Shown here one piece after another: positions 24,150 through 38,334 of a stretch of DNA of 64,000 bases. Source of the stretch: Octopus vulgaris (taxonomy: Eukaryota); the NCBI GenBank assembly GCA_951406725.2, contig OX597822.1, positions 4,278,001-4,342,000 of the forward strand, in the 5' to 3' direction. The notes beneath the pieces were generated by a model. The model saw only the letters and a list, made by a program, of their open reading frames with translations, had not been told where the DNA came from and did not search any database. Both the position numbers and the translations under genes were made by a program. Every line of letters starts with the position of its first letter. Within the stretch, counting starts at the first letter, position 1.

Positions 24150-25260
24150 TGTCTACATATGGACGACGGTCTACTCCTACAGAGAAAATACAACCCACAA
24201 AAATCTGATAAATTAGGAAAGATCTAAATCATTTCTTCAAATGCTTCGGTTTCCTAATCACAGTAGAAACACAACTAAAATCAGTCAAATTCCTAGATTG
24301 ACCTGGAATCAAGTATCAGTAAACCATACAAGAAACATAACGAAAATGTTCAATATATACATAAACAATCCAGCCACCCGAAAAGTATTATAAAAACAAC
24401 AAAAAAACGTATCTCTCAGACTTTCCTCTATCTTCAAATGAAAAAATGCTAAACGAAGCAGTAACTCCATATAACGGACCTATCACTAATAGCGGCTACT
24501 TGGAAAAATTGCAATATATAAACATCTATCCTCCCACAATAAATAAAATACTTAAGAATAGAAAAAGAAAAAAATCAAATATAATCCCCTCTTTAGCATG
24601 CAGCTCTTCACACCAATAGCTAAATTATTTTTCAAAATACTGCTGAAACACTTCCACTCCAAACACAAGTATTAGAAACTAATAAACAAACACAGCGTTA
24701 AATTGTCATACTCTAGAACTGACAACTTTGGAAAACTTGTAGCTAGCTACAACTTGTCTAAAACTTTCTAAAATTGAAAACCTAAACCATACACACGCAA
24801 TAACAATTGCATTTGTTGAACACATTCATCCGGCCCAATAGAATGAAACTGTCTCTCAAAAAATATCGTATATTTTGCAACGGTAACCACAAACATGACA
24901 TCAACTTCTATATCTACATACATAGGATCAACAGCAAACTAGTTCAAAACAAGATACAACCAACAGACGTACACTTCCGCAACCCAACTAGGAAAAACCA
25001 TGCGTCACTGTTCGAACATATATAGAAATAAAAATTTTAAAAAACACTCCGTTTAGCATCAAGTGGAAAATACTCTCACGCGCACATCCCTACAGAAGTA
25101 ATAACAAACCCTGCCGACTTTGTACAAATGAATCCCACCCCATTCTAATATTCATGAACATAATCCTGAACCGAAACTCCAAACTGATCCCTTCATGGAA
25201 GCATAAAATCTTAAAAACGCTAAAACACTTTAAACCAATAATCTTTTTTCTAACGGCTAG
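24150..25260 (+). mobile_element. decayed Penelope-like element (RT C-terminus plus GIY-YIG)
   Basis: YMDDGL, YIHKQSSHP, YIGSTAN*FKTRY, KWKILSRAHPY...CRLCTNE; several frameshifts. Confidence 0.8.
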
Positions 25261-25766
25261 ACTTGTCGCTATCACATCAAATCCCTTCCATCTACATACA
25301 CTATAAGTCATCCCCATAATATAAAATATAGAAATCGCTCTTACAGCTTTACACTTTCACATTAAACAAATACTCTAGAAATTATCTAAAAGTCTCCAAC
25401 CAAAATCCTCACAAAAGATTTTGGTTGGAGACATGCACTCACATGAAATGTGTATTTGTATGCAAGTAATCTGAAATAAGCCTTTCCTTTATCCTTTTTT
25501 GAATTAAATAATATCACATTTTTGTTCCCATTTTTTAAATGGCACATGAATATATATACACACTTTCTATTAGATTTTCTAATATAATACACACCTACAT
25601 ACACGCATAAAATGTGTACTTTTATGCAAGCAAACTGAAGGAACTCTTGTCATACCTTCTGTTGTATTCTCTCTGGGTTAATTTGGAGCATTCGCTTAAA
25701 ATATCCTACACTGCCACTCCAGTTTCACCACACGTCCGGCTGATTGGTGAATATCATGCTTAATAA

Positions 25767-25978
25767 GGCAGCGAGCTGGCAAAAAGGTTAGCACGCCGGG
25801 CGAAATGCTTAGCGGTATTTCGTCTGTCTTTACGTTCTGAGTTCAAATTCTGCCGAGGTCGACTTTGCTTTCATCCTTTCTGGATCGATGAATTAGTACC
25901 AGTTGCGTACTGGGTCGATCTAATCGACTTGCCCCCTCCACAAAAATTTCGGGCTTGTGCCTAGAGTAGAAAAGAATA
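25767..25978 (+). mobile_element. SINE A, full length
   Basis: ggcagcgagctggc...gttagcacgccgggcgaaatgc...gagttcaaattctgccgaggtcgac. Confidence 0.9.
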
Positions 25979-25999
25979 TCATGCTTGATATAGTTAGTT

Positions 26000-26480
26000 A
26001 GTTCTCAATACTTGTTCCTGTGCTGCACGTTTCAAGGCCTCTGCTTTAGTTTTTTTCTTTTCCACAACCATCTTTTACCCGGGTCTGTGTCCCTTGATAT
26101 CTCTCTAAAGAACTAACCGTGTATCTTCTTGTCGTTCCAGTTGTTTTCCCCTCTTCATTTCTGTCTTTGTTTTGTAATTTATCTTGTTCTGACTATTTCC
26201 CTGTGTAATAGACATACTTTCCTTACTTGTACAAGTATTCATTCTTTGCATCCTTTTTATACCAAACAATATTGTTTTCCTCTGTCTCAATACTATCCTA
26301 ACAACTTATCAATCCCCGCTCTCCTTTCTTTCTTCCAAGGTGTAACCTATCAATGTCACTTTCCTTTTGCAACGCACTGTGTATTGCCAGCAGTTTCCTT
26401 GTTCTTTTTATATCCAAGGATTTTAGTTCTCCTGTTCGCTGTCGCATTACTTCTACTCCATGCCTTAAGTGAGTAATTGT
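26000..26480 (-). mobile_element. decayed Dong/R4-type fragment
   Basis: Minus strand reads IHSALQKESDIDRLHLGRKKGERGLISC (DRLY..R..GGRGL motif). Confidence 0.65.
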
Positions 26481-26517
26481 CTATGAATTTATTGCTCGAA
26501 ACATTGTTATTATTATT

Positions 26518-27056
26518 GAATGAGAGAGCAACGCATGCTATCAAAGTGACACTGAGGTACAAATATACGAAGCCCAGTATGCCCATCATGATAACCCGTC
26601 TAATAAGGGTACACCAGGCACAACAACATATAAGCGCGACATGGTGACCTTATATCAAGATAAACAGCGCATGACCTTGCAGGTGGGCCCACTTAGAATT
26701 TTCTTCAGGTTGAGTAGCCCATCCCGCTCAAAAGATCCCTGAATGAGGGTTGTTTAAGGATGATGAACGAAACACCCATATTACCAGTGGTGAATTATTC
26801 AAACCCCAAAGAATTTCTCTCAACACGTGGCTATGGTGCTTCCCCACTACTCCTGCTCGTGATTAGAGATATCGTCAGCCATTAAGGGACGTGCTCAATT
26901 TGTTACGGTCAAACAACTGACAAGTAAATCTGTGATATTAAGCAGAATATTTGCTGTAGCCCATCTTTTATACCAAGACAAAACATTACAACATAGCACC
27001 GCCAATCAGTTAAGATTAAAAGCAATGAGAGCCAGTACCTGATACTGTATCAGGGC
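26518..27056 (-). mobile_element. (AAT)n-flanked non-coding element, copy 3
   Basis: Colinear with 6379-6939, same ends, TTA flanks. Confidence 0.85.
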
Positions 27057-27058
27057 AC

Positions 27059-27121
<63 letters not shown>

Positions 27122-27123
27122 TA

Positions 27124-27302
27124 AGTCAGTGAGCTGGTAGATTCGTTGAAAGGTTTTACATTTTGGGTTCAAATGTCGCCGAGGTCAACTTGGCCTTTCA
27201 TCTTTCGGGGTCGATAAAATAAGTACCAGTTGAGCACTGAGGTCGATTTAATCGACTGAAACCCTCCCATAAATTTCTGGCCTTGGGCCAAAATTTGAAG
27301 AC
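27124..27302 (+). mobile_element. SINE A
   Basis: Core cctttcatctttcggggtcgataaaataagtaccag. Confidence 0.8.
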
Positions 27303-27306
27303 ATCA

Positions 27307-27361
<55 letters not shown>

Positions 27362-27833
27362 TACCATCATGTTGACATTGTTTACCCTCTGTCTTTCCTC
27401 CTAAAACTTTCACAATTTTATAGTCATTTTGAGTAGAATATAACTGGAATAAAACAGATATAAAAACGTCCTTAACGTTTACATACAGTAAGTTGAGGTA
27501 GATTTATTTTATTTCCTTCAATTTTTATCTAATAGAATAGACGATAGTTGTCCAATCATAAAGTGGCGATGATAGAATAAGTGAGTTACCTTTATCAAAA
27601 CAGACAAAGTATCTATTACTTTTCATAATTTAAAACAAAACAAAAGAACCAGAAAAAAGCAAGTCGCCATTTTATAGAAATAAAAATGGCGTTTACTTGA
27701 AAAATTTATCGCTTCGATACATTAAGAAAGTCATTTTCGTTTTCTCTACCTTATAATTGGCGGAGCAACATTATACGTTTAGGGTAACGTGTAGTACTAG
27801 TGATTTAATATTAAATGTCAATACTGTGGTTTG

Positions 27834-27865
<32 letters not shown>

Positions 27866-27872
27866 GGAAAAA

Positions 27873-27910
27873 CTGTCCGACGAACGGCAACGGGAAACTC
27901 AGAGTAACAG
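27873..27910 (+). ncRNA. minimal hammerhead-like motif with CCGACGA core, in an ~80-bp repeat inside (TA)n
   Basis: ctgt-CCGACGA-a-cg-gcaa-cg-g-GAAA-ctc-a-gag-TA-acag. Confidence 0.6.
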
Positions 27911-27963
27911 GTTTTGTTAAATTTTCTGCTGCTTTAAATAAAGTATATATATATATATGTATG

Positions 27964-27997
<34 letters not shown>

Positions 27998-28162
27998 TAT
28001 ACGTATGCATATATGTGTGTGTGTGTATATACATACATAGACAGATACATAAATACATACATCCATATAGATATATGTGTGTATATATGTATAGTATATG
28101 TATAGATTGATAGATATGAATATGCATATATCCACACACACACACATATATACATACATATA

Positions 28163-28260
<98 letters not shown>

Positions 28261-28469
28261 GGTATGTTGGATTGTTGGTATAGTTGTGGAATAGTATTAT
28301 AACACATCCTTTTGATATATTATATATATGCATGTATTTGTATGTGCATATTTGAGTGTGTGTATGTATGTATGCATACTTTCGTGTATATGTATGTATG
28401 TATATACGTACGTATCTATATATCTGTGTCTGCCTGTCTGCCTGTCTGCCTGTATCTCTGTATGTGTAC

Positions 28470-28885
28470 TCTTTACTCTTTAGTCTCTTTTAATTGTTAC
28501 AGTCATGTGACTGTGGCCATGCTGGAGCACCGCCTTAGGTCGAGCAAATCGACCCCAGAACGTATTCTTTGTATGCCTAGTACTTATTCTATCGGTCTCT
28601 TTTGCCGAACCGTTAAGTTACGGTCACGTAAACACACCAGCATCGGTTGTCAAGCGATGTTGGGGGGACAAACACACACACACAAACTTATACACGCACA
28701 TACATATATATAAATATGTACATATATACGACGGGCTTCTTTCAATTTCCGTCAACCAAATCCACTCACAAGGCTTTAGTCTGCCCGAGGCTATAGTAGA
28801 AAACACTTGCCCAAGGTGCCACGCAGCAGGACTGAACCCGGAACCATGTGGTTGGTAAGCAAGCTACTTACCACGCAGTCACTCA
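28470..28885 (-). mobile_element. SINE family C, full length, with internal microsatellite
   Basis: tRNA-like head gtgactgcgtggtaagtagcttgcttaccaaccacatggttccgggttcagtcc; body ccttgggcaagtg. Confidence 0.88.
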
Positions 28886-29220
28886 TGTATGTATGTATGG
28901 TTAAAAATCAGAATCCAAGCTAACAGTGGTCTCCATCGGCAAATATTATATTTACTATTAAAGTATAAAGTACTTTGAGTTCATACTCCAGTAAGAGTTA
29001 ACTGTCGTTTCTGACAAATTCCTTCTTCGAAGAACGAGAAAACTTTTCCTTCTAACTTATTCCGTAAGAACTTGGATACATTAGGAACGGCCCCGCGAAT
29101 TAGCTGTTTCTTATGAGTAGAAATGGAGTGGTTGAAAAAGGAAAACCGATATGGAAAAGCGAGGGAAAGAATTTAGGGGAGGGTGGACCCCAGATGAGGA
29201 AATGGAAAAAGGGTCTACAG

Positions 29221-29350
29221 CAGTGTTTCTCAACCTTTTTACCCTTACGTAACCCTTAAAATAAATTACATATCTCAAGGAACCCCTGCACCAAAAAAAT
29301 TATATACCATATCTTTCTCATATTTTTTCACCGTAGTTCACTTGGTAAAT

Positions 29351-29409
<59 letters not shown>

Positions 29410-29460
29410 TGAAATTAGCATTAGCTTATCTCTTTCTCGCGGAACCCCGGTTGAAAAAGA
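29221..29460. mobile_element. hAT(Charlie)-type MITE
   Basis: Starts cagtgtttctcaacc, has ggaacccc subterminal motifs, ends with degenerate ggttgaaaaa. Confidence 0.6.
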
Positions 29461-30237
29461 AATAAATGAAAATTTAAACTAGATGGTAGAAGGGTTGTTA
29501 GCGAAGCCAGCGATCGCGGCAAGAAACTTATCACTTGTAGTATTCACACATGCAAGCGCGCACATCTGTACACTACTTGGTAAATGGTCTTGTGTTGTTT
29601 GCGCTTCCCTAATCCCGTGCTTTAGCAAAAGTGGACGAAAGAATAAGTACCGCGTTTAAAATAAGTACTGGGTGTATTTTTAGGCTAAACACTTCAAAAT
29701 AGTACTCCAACAAGGCTGCAATCCGGTGTCTGAAGTTGTTATGAGAATAAAAAATAAAAATAAACTACCTGCGAGTTTATGAATGTATATGTGTACGTGT
29801 ATGTTTGCACGAACGTGTGTGAATTTCAGTTAATTTATGTGGGCTAAACTTAGATCACATTACTCCTCCCATTACTTCTAGCGTGTGTCGTTGATTCCTG
29901 CGCCATTTATGGACCTACTACACCAACCCCTACTGTCTAATGAAGCCAGCAGTCACACTTCCAAACTTCGAAGTCACTTTCGACCTTTCACAATCGCAAG
30001 CGTGTTTCTCTATTTACATGTATTGAGCGATCCTTCAAATAATGTTTGTTTTATATACAACTACACATACATGCAGATATGTATACTTATATCTGTATGT
30101 ACGTATGTATGTATGCATGTATGTATGTATGTATTTAATGTTTGATTCTATGTCGTGTTACAATAACAATTTGATATTAAATTGGAGAATTACTCAATAC
30201 TTCGAAGTCAGCGTTACCGCTCTTCTTGTAAACATGT

Positions 30238-30301
<64 letters not shown>

Positions 30302-30320
30302 GAGAGAGATAGAGAGGGGG

Positions 30321-30400
<80 letters not shown>

Positions 30401-30530
30401 TACTTACATGCATATACATACGCACATTCATTCATACATACATACAGACATATGTACGTACATACGTACTTACTTACGTACATACGTACGTACATACATA
30501 CTGACACATACACACATACATACATACAGA
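30238..30530. repeat. (GATA)n and (TACA)n microsatellites
   Basis: Directly visible. Confidence 0.95.
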
Positions 30531-31093
30531 GTTATGTGTTTGTGTTAACGATAGGCGGAGAGATAAATAGAAATATACATATATAATGTTATAATATTAT
30601 AAGAAAAGTTTTACTAGAAAAATATGAAAGGAAAGAGTGGACGAGGAATGTTGTTGGGAAGCTATATCGAAAAAGAAATAGCTAACAAGCTATAAAGAGG
30701 AGTGGGGAATGAGTAGAAAGACATATAGAAAACAAGATGCAAGTTTTGTAGCGTATTTGCACTTATGAGTCAAATATACCAACATTTATAACGGCAAAAC
30801 TTCCTTCCTGGCTTAAACTATACAGAAACCATAGCGATAGGACTGGACGGCAGCCATTGTAATAAACAGCGACTAACATGAAGTAACAGTCTAGCAATAC
30901 ACGGATTTTGTAAAAAGAAAATGCCAAGTAACAAAAGCATAATCTTTTAAATCTTAATATTTCCATTAAAAAATATATATAATAGATATCAGATATGTTT
31001 CTTGAGAATATATTTACAAAATAGCTTGTATGTTTATTTTCGTATTTTTATTTATTTTAGATATTAGAGATAAAAGGAAATTGGCCAGAAATC

Positions 31094-31095
<2 letters not shown>

Positions 31096-31153
<58 letters not shown>

Positions 31154-31375
31154 GTGGTTGTTGTTATTATCATCATCATCATCATTCTCACCATTATCAT
31201 CATCATCATCATCATTACTATTATTATTATTATCGACATCATCATCATCATTATTATTATCATTATTATCACTACTGTTACTACGAATACTACTACTATC
31301 AATACTAATACGACTAAAACTTTGAATAAGATTTTGAATGAAAGAAGATAAATAACTAGTAATGTAAAGAACTAC

Positions 31376-31421
<46 letters not shown>

Positions 31422-31456
31422 ATGCATGCATGTATGTATGTGTGTGTATGTCTATA

Positions 31457-31512
<56 letters not shown>

Positions 31513-31615
31513 TATACATATATGTATATATATATGTATATATATATATATGTATATATGTGTATATATATATATATGTATATATATGTGTATATATATA
31601 TCTATATATATATAT

Positions 31616-31650
<35 letters not shown>

Positions 31651-31817
31651 GCTTTTTAATGCTATAAAGTTAGCAGCTGCTGACGAAATTCAATTAAATG
31701 AAAAGAGAAGTAAACATTATCGATCAAAAACCTATACGGTGATATCTTTTTTATTTTATATTTTCACTCACCTCACACACGCACACACACAGACACACAC
31801 ACACAGACACACACACA

Positions 31818-31885
<68 letters not shown>

Positions 31886-32267
31886 AACAGTAAGAAGATT
31901 TATATATGAGCAGACGGTATAAAATAATATTTATGAAATGAATAAATGTTTCAAGAGTAATTGCGGGCAAAGTGAATTGGAATATAAAAGAGGTTAAATA
32001 TAAAAGAAAGACTTCACATAACCAGAAAGAAAAATTAAAGAAAAATTAACACCCAATGACATTTGATTTCAAGAAATTCTGCTTTTACTTTTAGATTTTT
32101 ATAGAATGTACCCGCTTTCTAACACGTCTGTGTGTGAGATTCTATGCACATGCCCATAATGCGTGTATTGAGAGAAACGTGTGGATAAGAAACATTTGTC
32201 TATGCGCGTATACTATAAACATACATACGTGTGTATGTGAGTTTGTGTGTTTATGTGTGTACGTATG

Positions 32268-32328
<61 letters not shown>

Positions 32329-32508
32329 TTATGTATGTATATTATGTATATATGTATTTATGTATGTATATATACATATATACATATATATATATATGTA
32401 TGTATATATATTATACATTCATAATCTCTGTGTGGGTGTAGATATCATAAGTGTGTGTATAAGTATATATATATATATATGCAAATGTATACTGATATAT
32501 ATATATGT

Positions 32509-32559
<51 letters not shown>

Positions 32560-32570
32560 GTATCTATATG

Positions 32571-32616
<46 letters not shown>

Positions 32617-33480
32617 CATTCGCACATACATTCATACGTGCCTACATACATATATGAAATTAAGTATGCTTATATGAATGTTTGTATATATCTATATACG
32701 TACGTATGTATGTATGTATGTGTATGTATGTATGTATGTATGTATGTATGTATGTATGATATATTTGTTTCTATTGTTACTGTAAATCTCATTTTTCTAA
32801 ATTGAATCTGAATTATTTTTAGTTGTCTTTGTTTACTGGAGTATTTTTCTGAAATTTTCTTGCAAGCGAATAAACAGCAGAAGAAACCTCGTTATTGGAG
32901 GCTCCTCCCATTACTTCTAGCGTTTGTATAAGAAGGAATTTTCCATTAAAGAACTTCTTTCTGCAAACCGACAAACAAAGAACCACAACAGTTATATCAT
33001 GGCCACTGTTGCTAGAAACATGAGCTGGTGTCCGGATAAGATATATTGAATATAAGTATGTTTAATATAAGACTATATTTACCTTAATATATACGGCATG
33101 CTTTTATTTTCCTTGCGTCCAATCGATCCATGCATCTTTGTGTTTCATTATATTCGTCCTCCACAGAAGAAAATATTTTGTTTTACTGAGCTCTTTGTTA
33201 AATGGCTTTACTCGAAAAATTGCTTTCGCTTTATTAGCGAGATATTATATATGTGCGTGCATTTATGTATGTGTGAATGCATGTGCATGTGTGTGTATGC
33301 TTGTATGTATGTATGTATGTATGTATTTTTGTAGGTGCCTGTATGTATGTATGTATGTATGTATGTATGTATGTATGTGTGTATGTATGTATATGTGTAT
33401 GTATGTATGTATGTATGTATGTATGTATGTATGTATGTATGTATGTATGTATGTATGTATGTATGTATGTATGTATGTAT
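31096..33480. repeat. dense cluster of (TAT)n, (TA)n, (CA)n and (TATG)n tracts with short unique spacers
   Basis: Directly visible. Confidence 0.9.
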
Positions 33481-33840
33481 AGTTTACCGTTCCGATAAGG
33501 TAAGATCAACAAAAAAAGTACTCCATCCAGTGAGAGATAAATATCATTTACTGTACGCTGTATAAAGATTAGAGCTATACTGTGTATATTAAATGATATC
33601 TGTGTGTATGTGTGTGTGTAGTCTGTACATGTGAGTCTATGTGTGAATCGTGTATATTTTATACCTCTTCTGTATGTAAATATATGCGCCTACGTATGTA
33701 TGTGCGTACATATGTGTGCGTGTACAAGTGTGTGTATTTGTGTGTGTGTGTGTGGTCGTGTGAAAATATATTCAGCTTGGTACAAAATGTCGCAGGTGGG
33801 AAAAATGATTGAAAGTTGTGCTACATTCATTGAAATTTGA

Positions 33841-33912
33841 TAAACATAAAAATATATAAACATAAAAATATATAAACATAAAAATATATAAACATAAAAA
33901 TATATAAACATA
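33841..33912. repeat. 16-bp tandem repeat, 4.5 copies
   Basis: Unit taaacataaaaatata. Confidence 0.9.
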
Positions 33913-34422
33913 CTCAAATTAAATTTTAAAAGTCAACTTTAATTTTGAATGTTAGCCGTAAAGTTGATCACGTAACCCCACATAATACAAATATCGCTCT
34001 CATGACCTCTGCAAACATAGAATATTAGCTGGATCAGAATCAGATACAACATTTTGAGCTCCATAAAATCTAGCCATAGTTATTTAAATTTTTCTCGGCA
34101 GTTAGCATGATTACTGCTGAATGATATTGAACGCCCGGCAATCCGAATTAGTGACTTTGATCTGGTTCTTGCTTGCTACATTTCACTGCGGTCATTCCCT
34201 TATAACATCTGCAATGTTCAGCTCTAGAATATTACTAACACACATTGCCTGAAGGTGATTTGTGTTAGGACGCGTTTTACAGTGAATTTCCTGTTTCGAG
34301 ATTTGTTCGTATGCCGCGGTGCGACGAGGAATATGGTTTGTTGGAGAAGTTCTTCGCCTGAGAAAAGAATAACTGTTTCACCTTGAGAGGTACGGAGCAG
34401 TCACGCAGGCTCTGTGTGTGTG

Positions 34423-34454
<32 letters not shown>

Positions 34455-34620
34455 CGTGTGTGTGTGTGTGCGTGTGTGTGTGTGTGCATGTGTGTGCGTG
34501 CGTTTAATACCTGCCTCATTTACCCTTGAAATTCTTCACGATAATGAAAATGACATTGTTAGTCTAACAACGTATTCCGTGTTACTTGATATTATCATCC
34601 TTTGATATTTACTAGTTTGA

Positions 34621-34900
34621 AGGCAGTGAAGTGGCAGGATCGTTAGCACACCGAGCAAAATTCTTAGCGGCATTTTGTCTGTCTTTACTTTCTGAATTCA
34701 AAATCTGCCGAGATTCACTTTGCTTTTCGTCCTTCTGGAATCGATGAGATAAGTGTGCCAGTTGAACGCTGGGCTCGACATAATCGATTTATCCCCTCCC
34801 TTAAAAGTGCTGGCCTTGTATCAAAGTTTGAAATCAGTATATATTAGTTTGAAGGCTGCGAGACGGCAGAATCTTTAGCATGCCAGGCAAAATGCTTTTT
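34621..34900 (+). mobile_element. SINE A plus a second head fragment
   Basis: aggcagtgaagtggcaggatcgttagcacaccgagc...; second head at 34853. Confidence 0.8.
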
Positions 34901-36611
34901 GCGCAGTCATTTATCGCCTATGTTTTCTTATACAATCCCATTCTGTGGTATGTGTCTCTTTTAGATATTTGCGTAGACTAGTACTCCTATGCTCATTTTT
35001 TAATGGAAATTACTAATATATTACGAATATAATACACTGAAATTGTATTGTACTTTCAACCATCTATAATTACATTCTTGTTCATTGATAATACAATGTA
35101 CTGTTCATTTCCAATCCCGGTAATGAAGAGATACCTGGAAAGGATTTGTAGTTAGCTAGCTAGTGTAAGGACGGCTAAGTGCAGTTCGTTCGGGTTGTAA
35201 AAGGATTTTATTTGTAATGCAAGCGTGTCTCCCTCGTGTAATGTATACACTGCTTGTGTTCCTGTATATCCTGTGCTCATTAATCTATCTCTTACTGACA
35301 ATGTTTGGTGTGTGTACAACCAAACTTAGACCGTTGGTGAGGCTGGTAATGGTGTTTATGTGTTAATTGTATTAATCTGTTCCGTGTTGCTGGTTTTTCC
35401 GCTGGAAGGTTTCCATCTAAGGTGAGTAGTTGAGCGCGGTTAGATTCTGGCAGTTTTCATGTTATATATGAACCGATTAGAAAGTTTGTTGATTACTTTA
35501 CGATATTCTAGAAACTATTCACCAAGAGAAATTGTTACATATGAATTGACAGTTCCATTGTATATTGGTTCAAATGATCTGATATAAAAGTGTCTCCAGA
35601 TATGGGTAATGAATAGCTTAATAAATATCTGGGGCTATATTTTTCTTGTTTCATTTAGGCCTTTGCTTGGGGGTGGGGGGGTTCTAGAACAATTCGTAAG
35701 ATCAATCCAAATATTTTGTAGTTTGGTGAAATGGGAATGATGACAGGATTCTAGAAACTCGAAGATTCTACAGCTGTGATATTAATTGGTAATTTAACAG
35801 TCCAGTTACGCTCGATGCAAAGTGCGCCAAGAAAATGGTTATTCCAGAATTTAGAAACAGAGACAAAAATAAAGACCTAAAGCCTTCTATTGTTTGCAAG
35901 TCATTGCTCAGGTATAATGGATTCTGTAGACTGTAACCTTATTTACTCTTTTGTTATATTTTTGCCTTGTTTTTGCTGTTTTTTTTTTGTTTTTATTTCT
36001 ATCGACGTTTCTCTCGACCTGTCACTCATCAATTTCTCATAAACAATTCTTCTCTCACACACATTGACTTACGCATCAGGATTCATAGAAAACACACACA
36101 CAAACACTCCTACATACATACAAACACTCTTACATACACACTAACACTCCTAAATATACAAATACTTCTACAAACGCATACACAAGCATATATTTACGCC
36201 TGTTCTCATACACACACACTTTTCACATACACTCATACACACAGTCACTCGCGAGAAATCTGCCATACAAAATCAGACACAACCAGACACATAAACAAAC
36301 GGAGACCCTCACACACACAGGCACAATTTCTCGCACACAAATTCTTCGCACTCCCACAAACAGATACTCACACACATTCTCACATACACACACACTCACC
36401 CAAACAGCCACGCGCACTAATGCTCAGGCAAAATTTTGGTTTAAACTGAAACACTCGTGAGTTCGCGCTCATGTGTCGTACATGTAGACATATTCACAGG
36501 GACATACCGATACACAGACGTACATTCTGAAACGTATTCATGCCCATATACTCAGATGCAGGTCAGATTTACAGAGAAACACTGTCGGTTTTAAAAAGCG
36601 ATTGTAATAGA

Positions 36612-36940
36612 TCTTTCTCTCTCTCTTTATCTCTCTCACCTTCTCTCTCTTTCTTTCTTTCTCTCTCTCTCTCTCTCTCACTCTAGCCTCTCTCTAGTCT
36701 CTCTCTCTTCCTCTCTCTAGCTCTCTATCTCTCTATCTATCAATCTGTTACTCTCTATTTATTACTGTCTCTATTTCATGCTCTCTCTCTCTCTCTCTTT
36801 CTTTCTCTCTCTCTCTCACGCTAGCCTCTCTCTAGTCTCTCTCTCTCTTCCTCTCTCTATCTATCAATCTGTTACTCTCTATTTATTACTGTCTCTATCT
36901 CATGCTCTCTCTTTCTATCTCTCTCTCTCTCTTTCTCCAT
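36612..36940. repeat. (CT)n-rich tract with ~120-bp tandem duplication
   Basis: ctatcaatctgttactctctatttattactgtctctat occurs twice. Confidence 0.85.
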
Positions 36941-37421
36941 TCCTTCTCTCTTTTCGACAAAGTGCTTTCTCTCCTTAATACGTATTCGTCTTTTCGTTGA
37001 GATTCTTATTCTTTTTCTTTTTTCTTTTTTTCAATATGATGGGAGATGTTGGCCAGATGTAAGCGGCGGAGCGGGCGATAAAAGGTTAAGAATCCAGTGC
37101 GCATGAGCAGCGTAGCAGACAGCAGAATAAACAAATCTATCTTTGTACATTTTGCGGGGAATGGAGTTAACCAGGTCAAGAATCCGCTTAACACTATGAA
37201 CTTCCATCCACAGCTGTTTCTAAACGGTGGGTAGTGAGTAACAGGATCAAATACCATGGAAGCTAGAGCATCGTCTTACTGGAAATGATGAATTTTGAAA
37301 AAATCTGAAGTAAGTTCGAACTAACAGCTTCCCAGTTTCGCTTTCTGAATGAATTGGATAAATATCGTAGACAATATGTTGGTTGGATTCGTCACCTTTT
37401 TATATCTGCTTAAAGTTTAAC

Positions 37422-37495
37422 CTGAAGAGGGGGATTTTATGCTATGATGTAACCTATGAATATCTCAAAAAAAATTCTATCGAAAACAGCTGTCA
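37422..37495 (+). ncRNA. degenerate hammerhead motif
   Basis: CTGAAGA...cGAAAacagctgTC; same palindromic cagctg stem III as 13837; stems I and II are decayed. Confidence 0.4.
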
Positions 37496-37551
37496 TAAAT
37501 TTTAAACCCCATTTGTGTCCTTTATGTATATGTGTGTGTGTGTGTGCGTAC

Positions 37552-37597
<46 letters not shown>

Positions 37598-38334
37598 TAT
37601 ATTAAATTAGAGATAAAACCACTATTAGGCAAATCAAACAGTGAAAAACATAAGCCAGTACATAAAATTAATTTAAAAATATAAAAATTAAAAATAAAAA
37701 ATTATTTGAATAATTTAAACTTATAAATTTTATAAATTTTATATATATATACAAATATATATATATATGTATGTATATGTTTATATTTATACATTATTTT
37801 ATTTATTAATTAATTAATTTATTTATTTATTTATTATTTTTTTTATATATCAAAAATATTAAAAGTTTAATAAAAGATAAAGAGTAAAACACACATATAT
37901 ATATATTTGAAAGTCTTTGCAAAAATTATTTAATATAGTTTTTAAATAAAAAAGTTACATGATCTTTTATCAGAAAGTCACCAACCTTTTTGGAAGCGGT
38001 TTTCTTCCTAGTGTGTGTGAGCGCTTTCGATTAATCCTTTCAAACACGAATTCTTGGACAATGAGCTCTTGGATAATATATATATATCAGTTTTTTTTAT
38101 ATGCTAGACCACTGGTGTGAAATCGATGTTAATTAAATTAATATCTAATTTCTCACCCTCATTTTAAATTTATATACGTATATTTCGAATGGTGGTGCTC
38201 CCGCATGGCCACAGCTCGTGAGCTGAAACTAGATAAAATAAAAATAAAAAATAAAAAATAAATATATATATATATAATGAGCTGTTCCGTGATTGAAAAT
38301 TCAACAAAAAGGACTTCATCTGGTGAGAGATAAA

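Noticed and set aside
31679-31720. CTGACGA...GAAA hammerhead candidate
   Set aside because: No stem I or stem III pairing; likely chance
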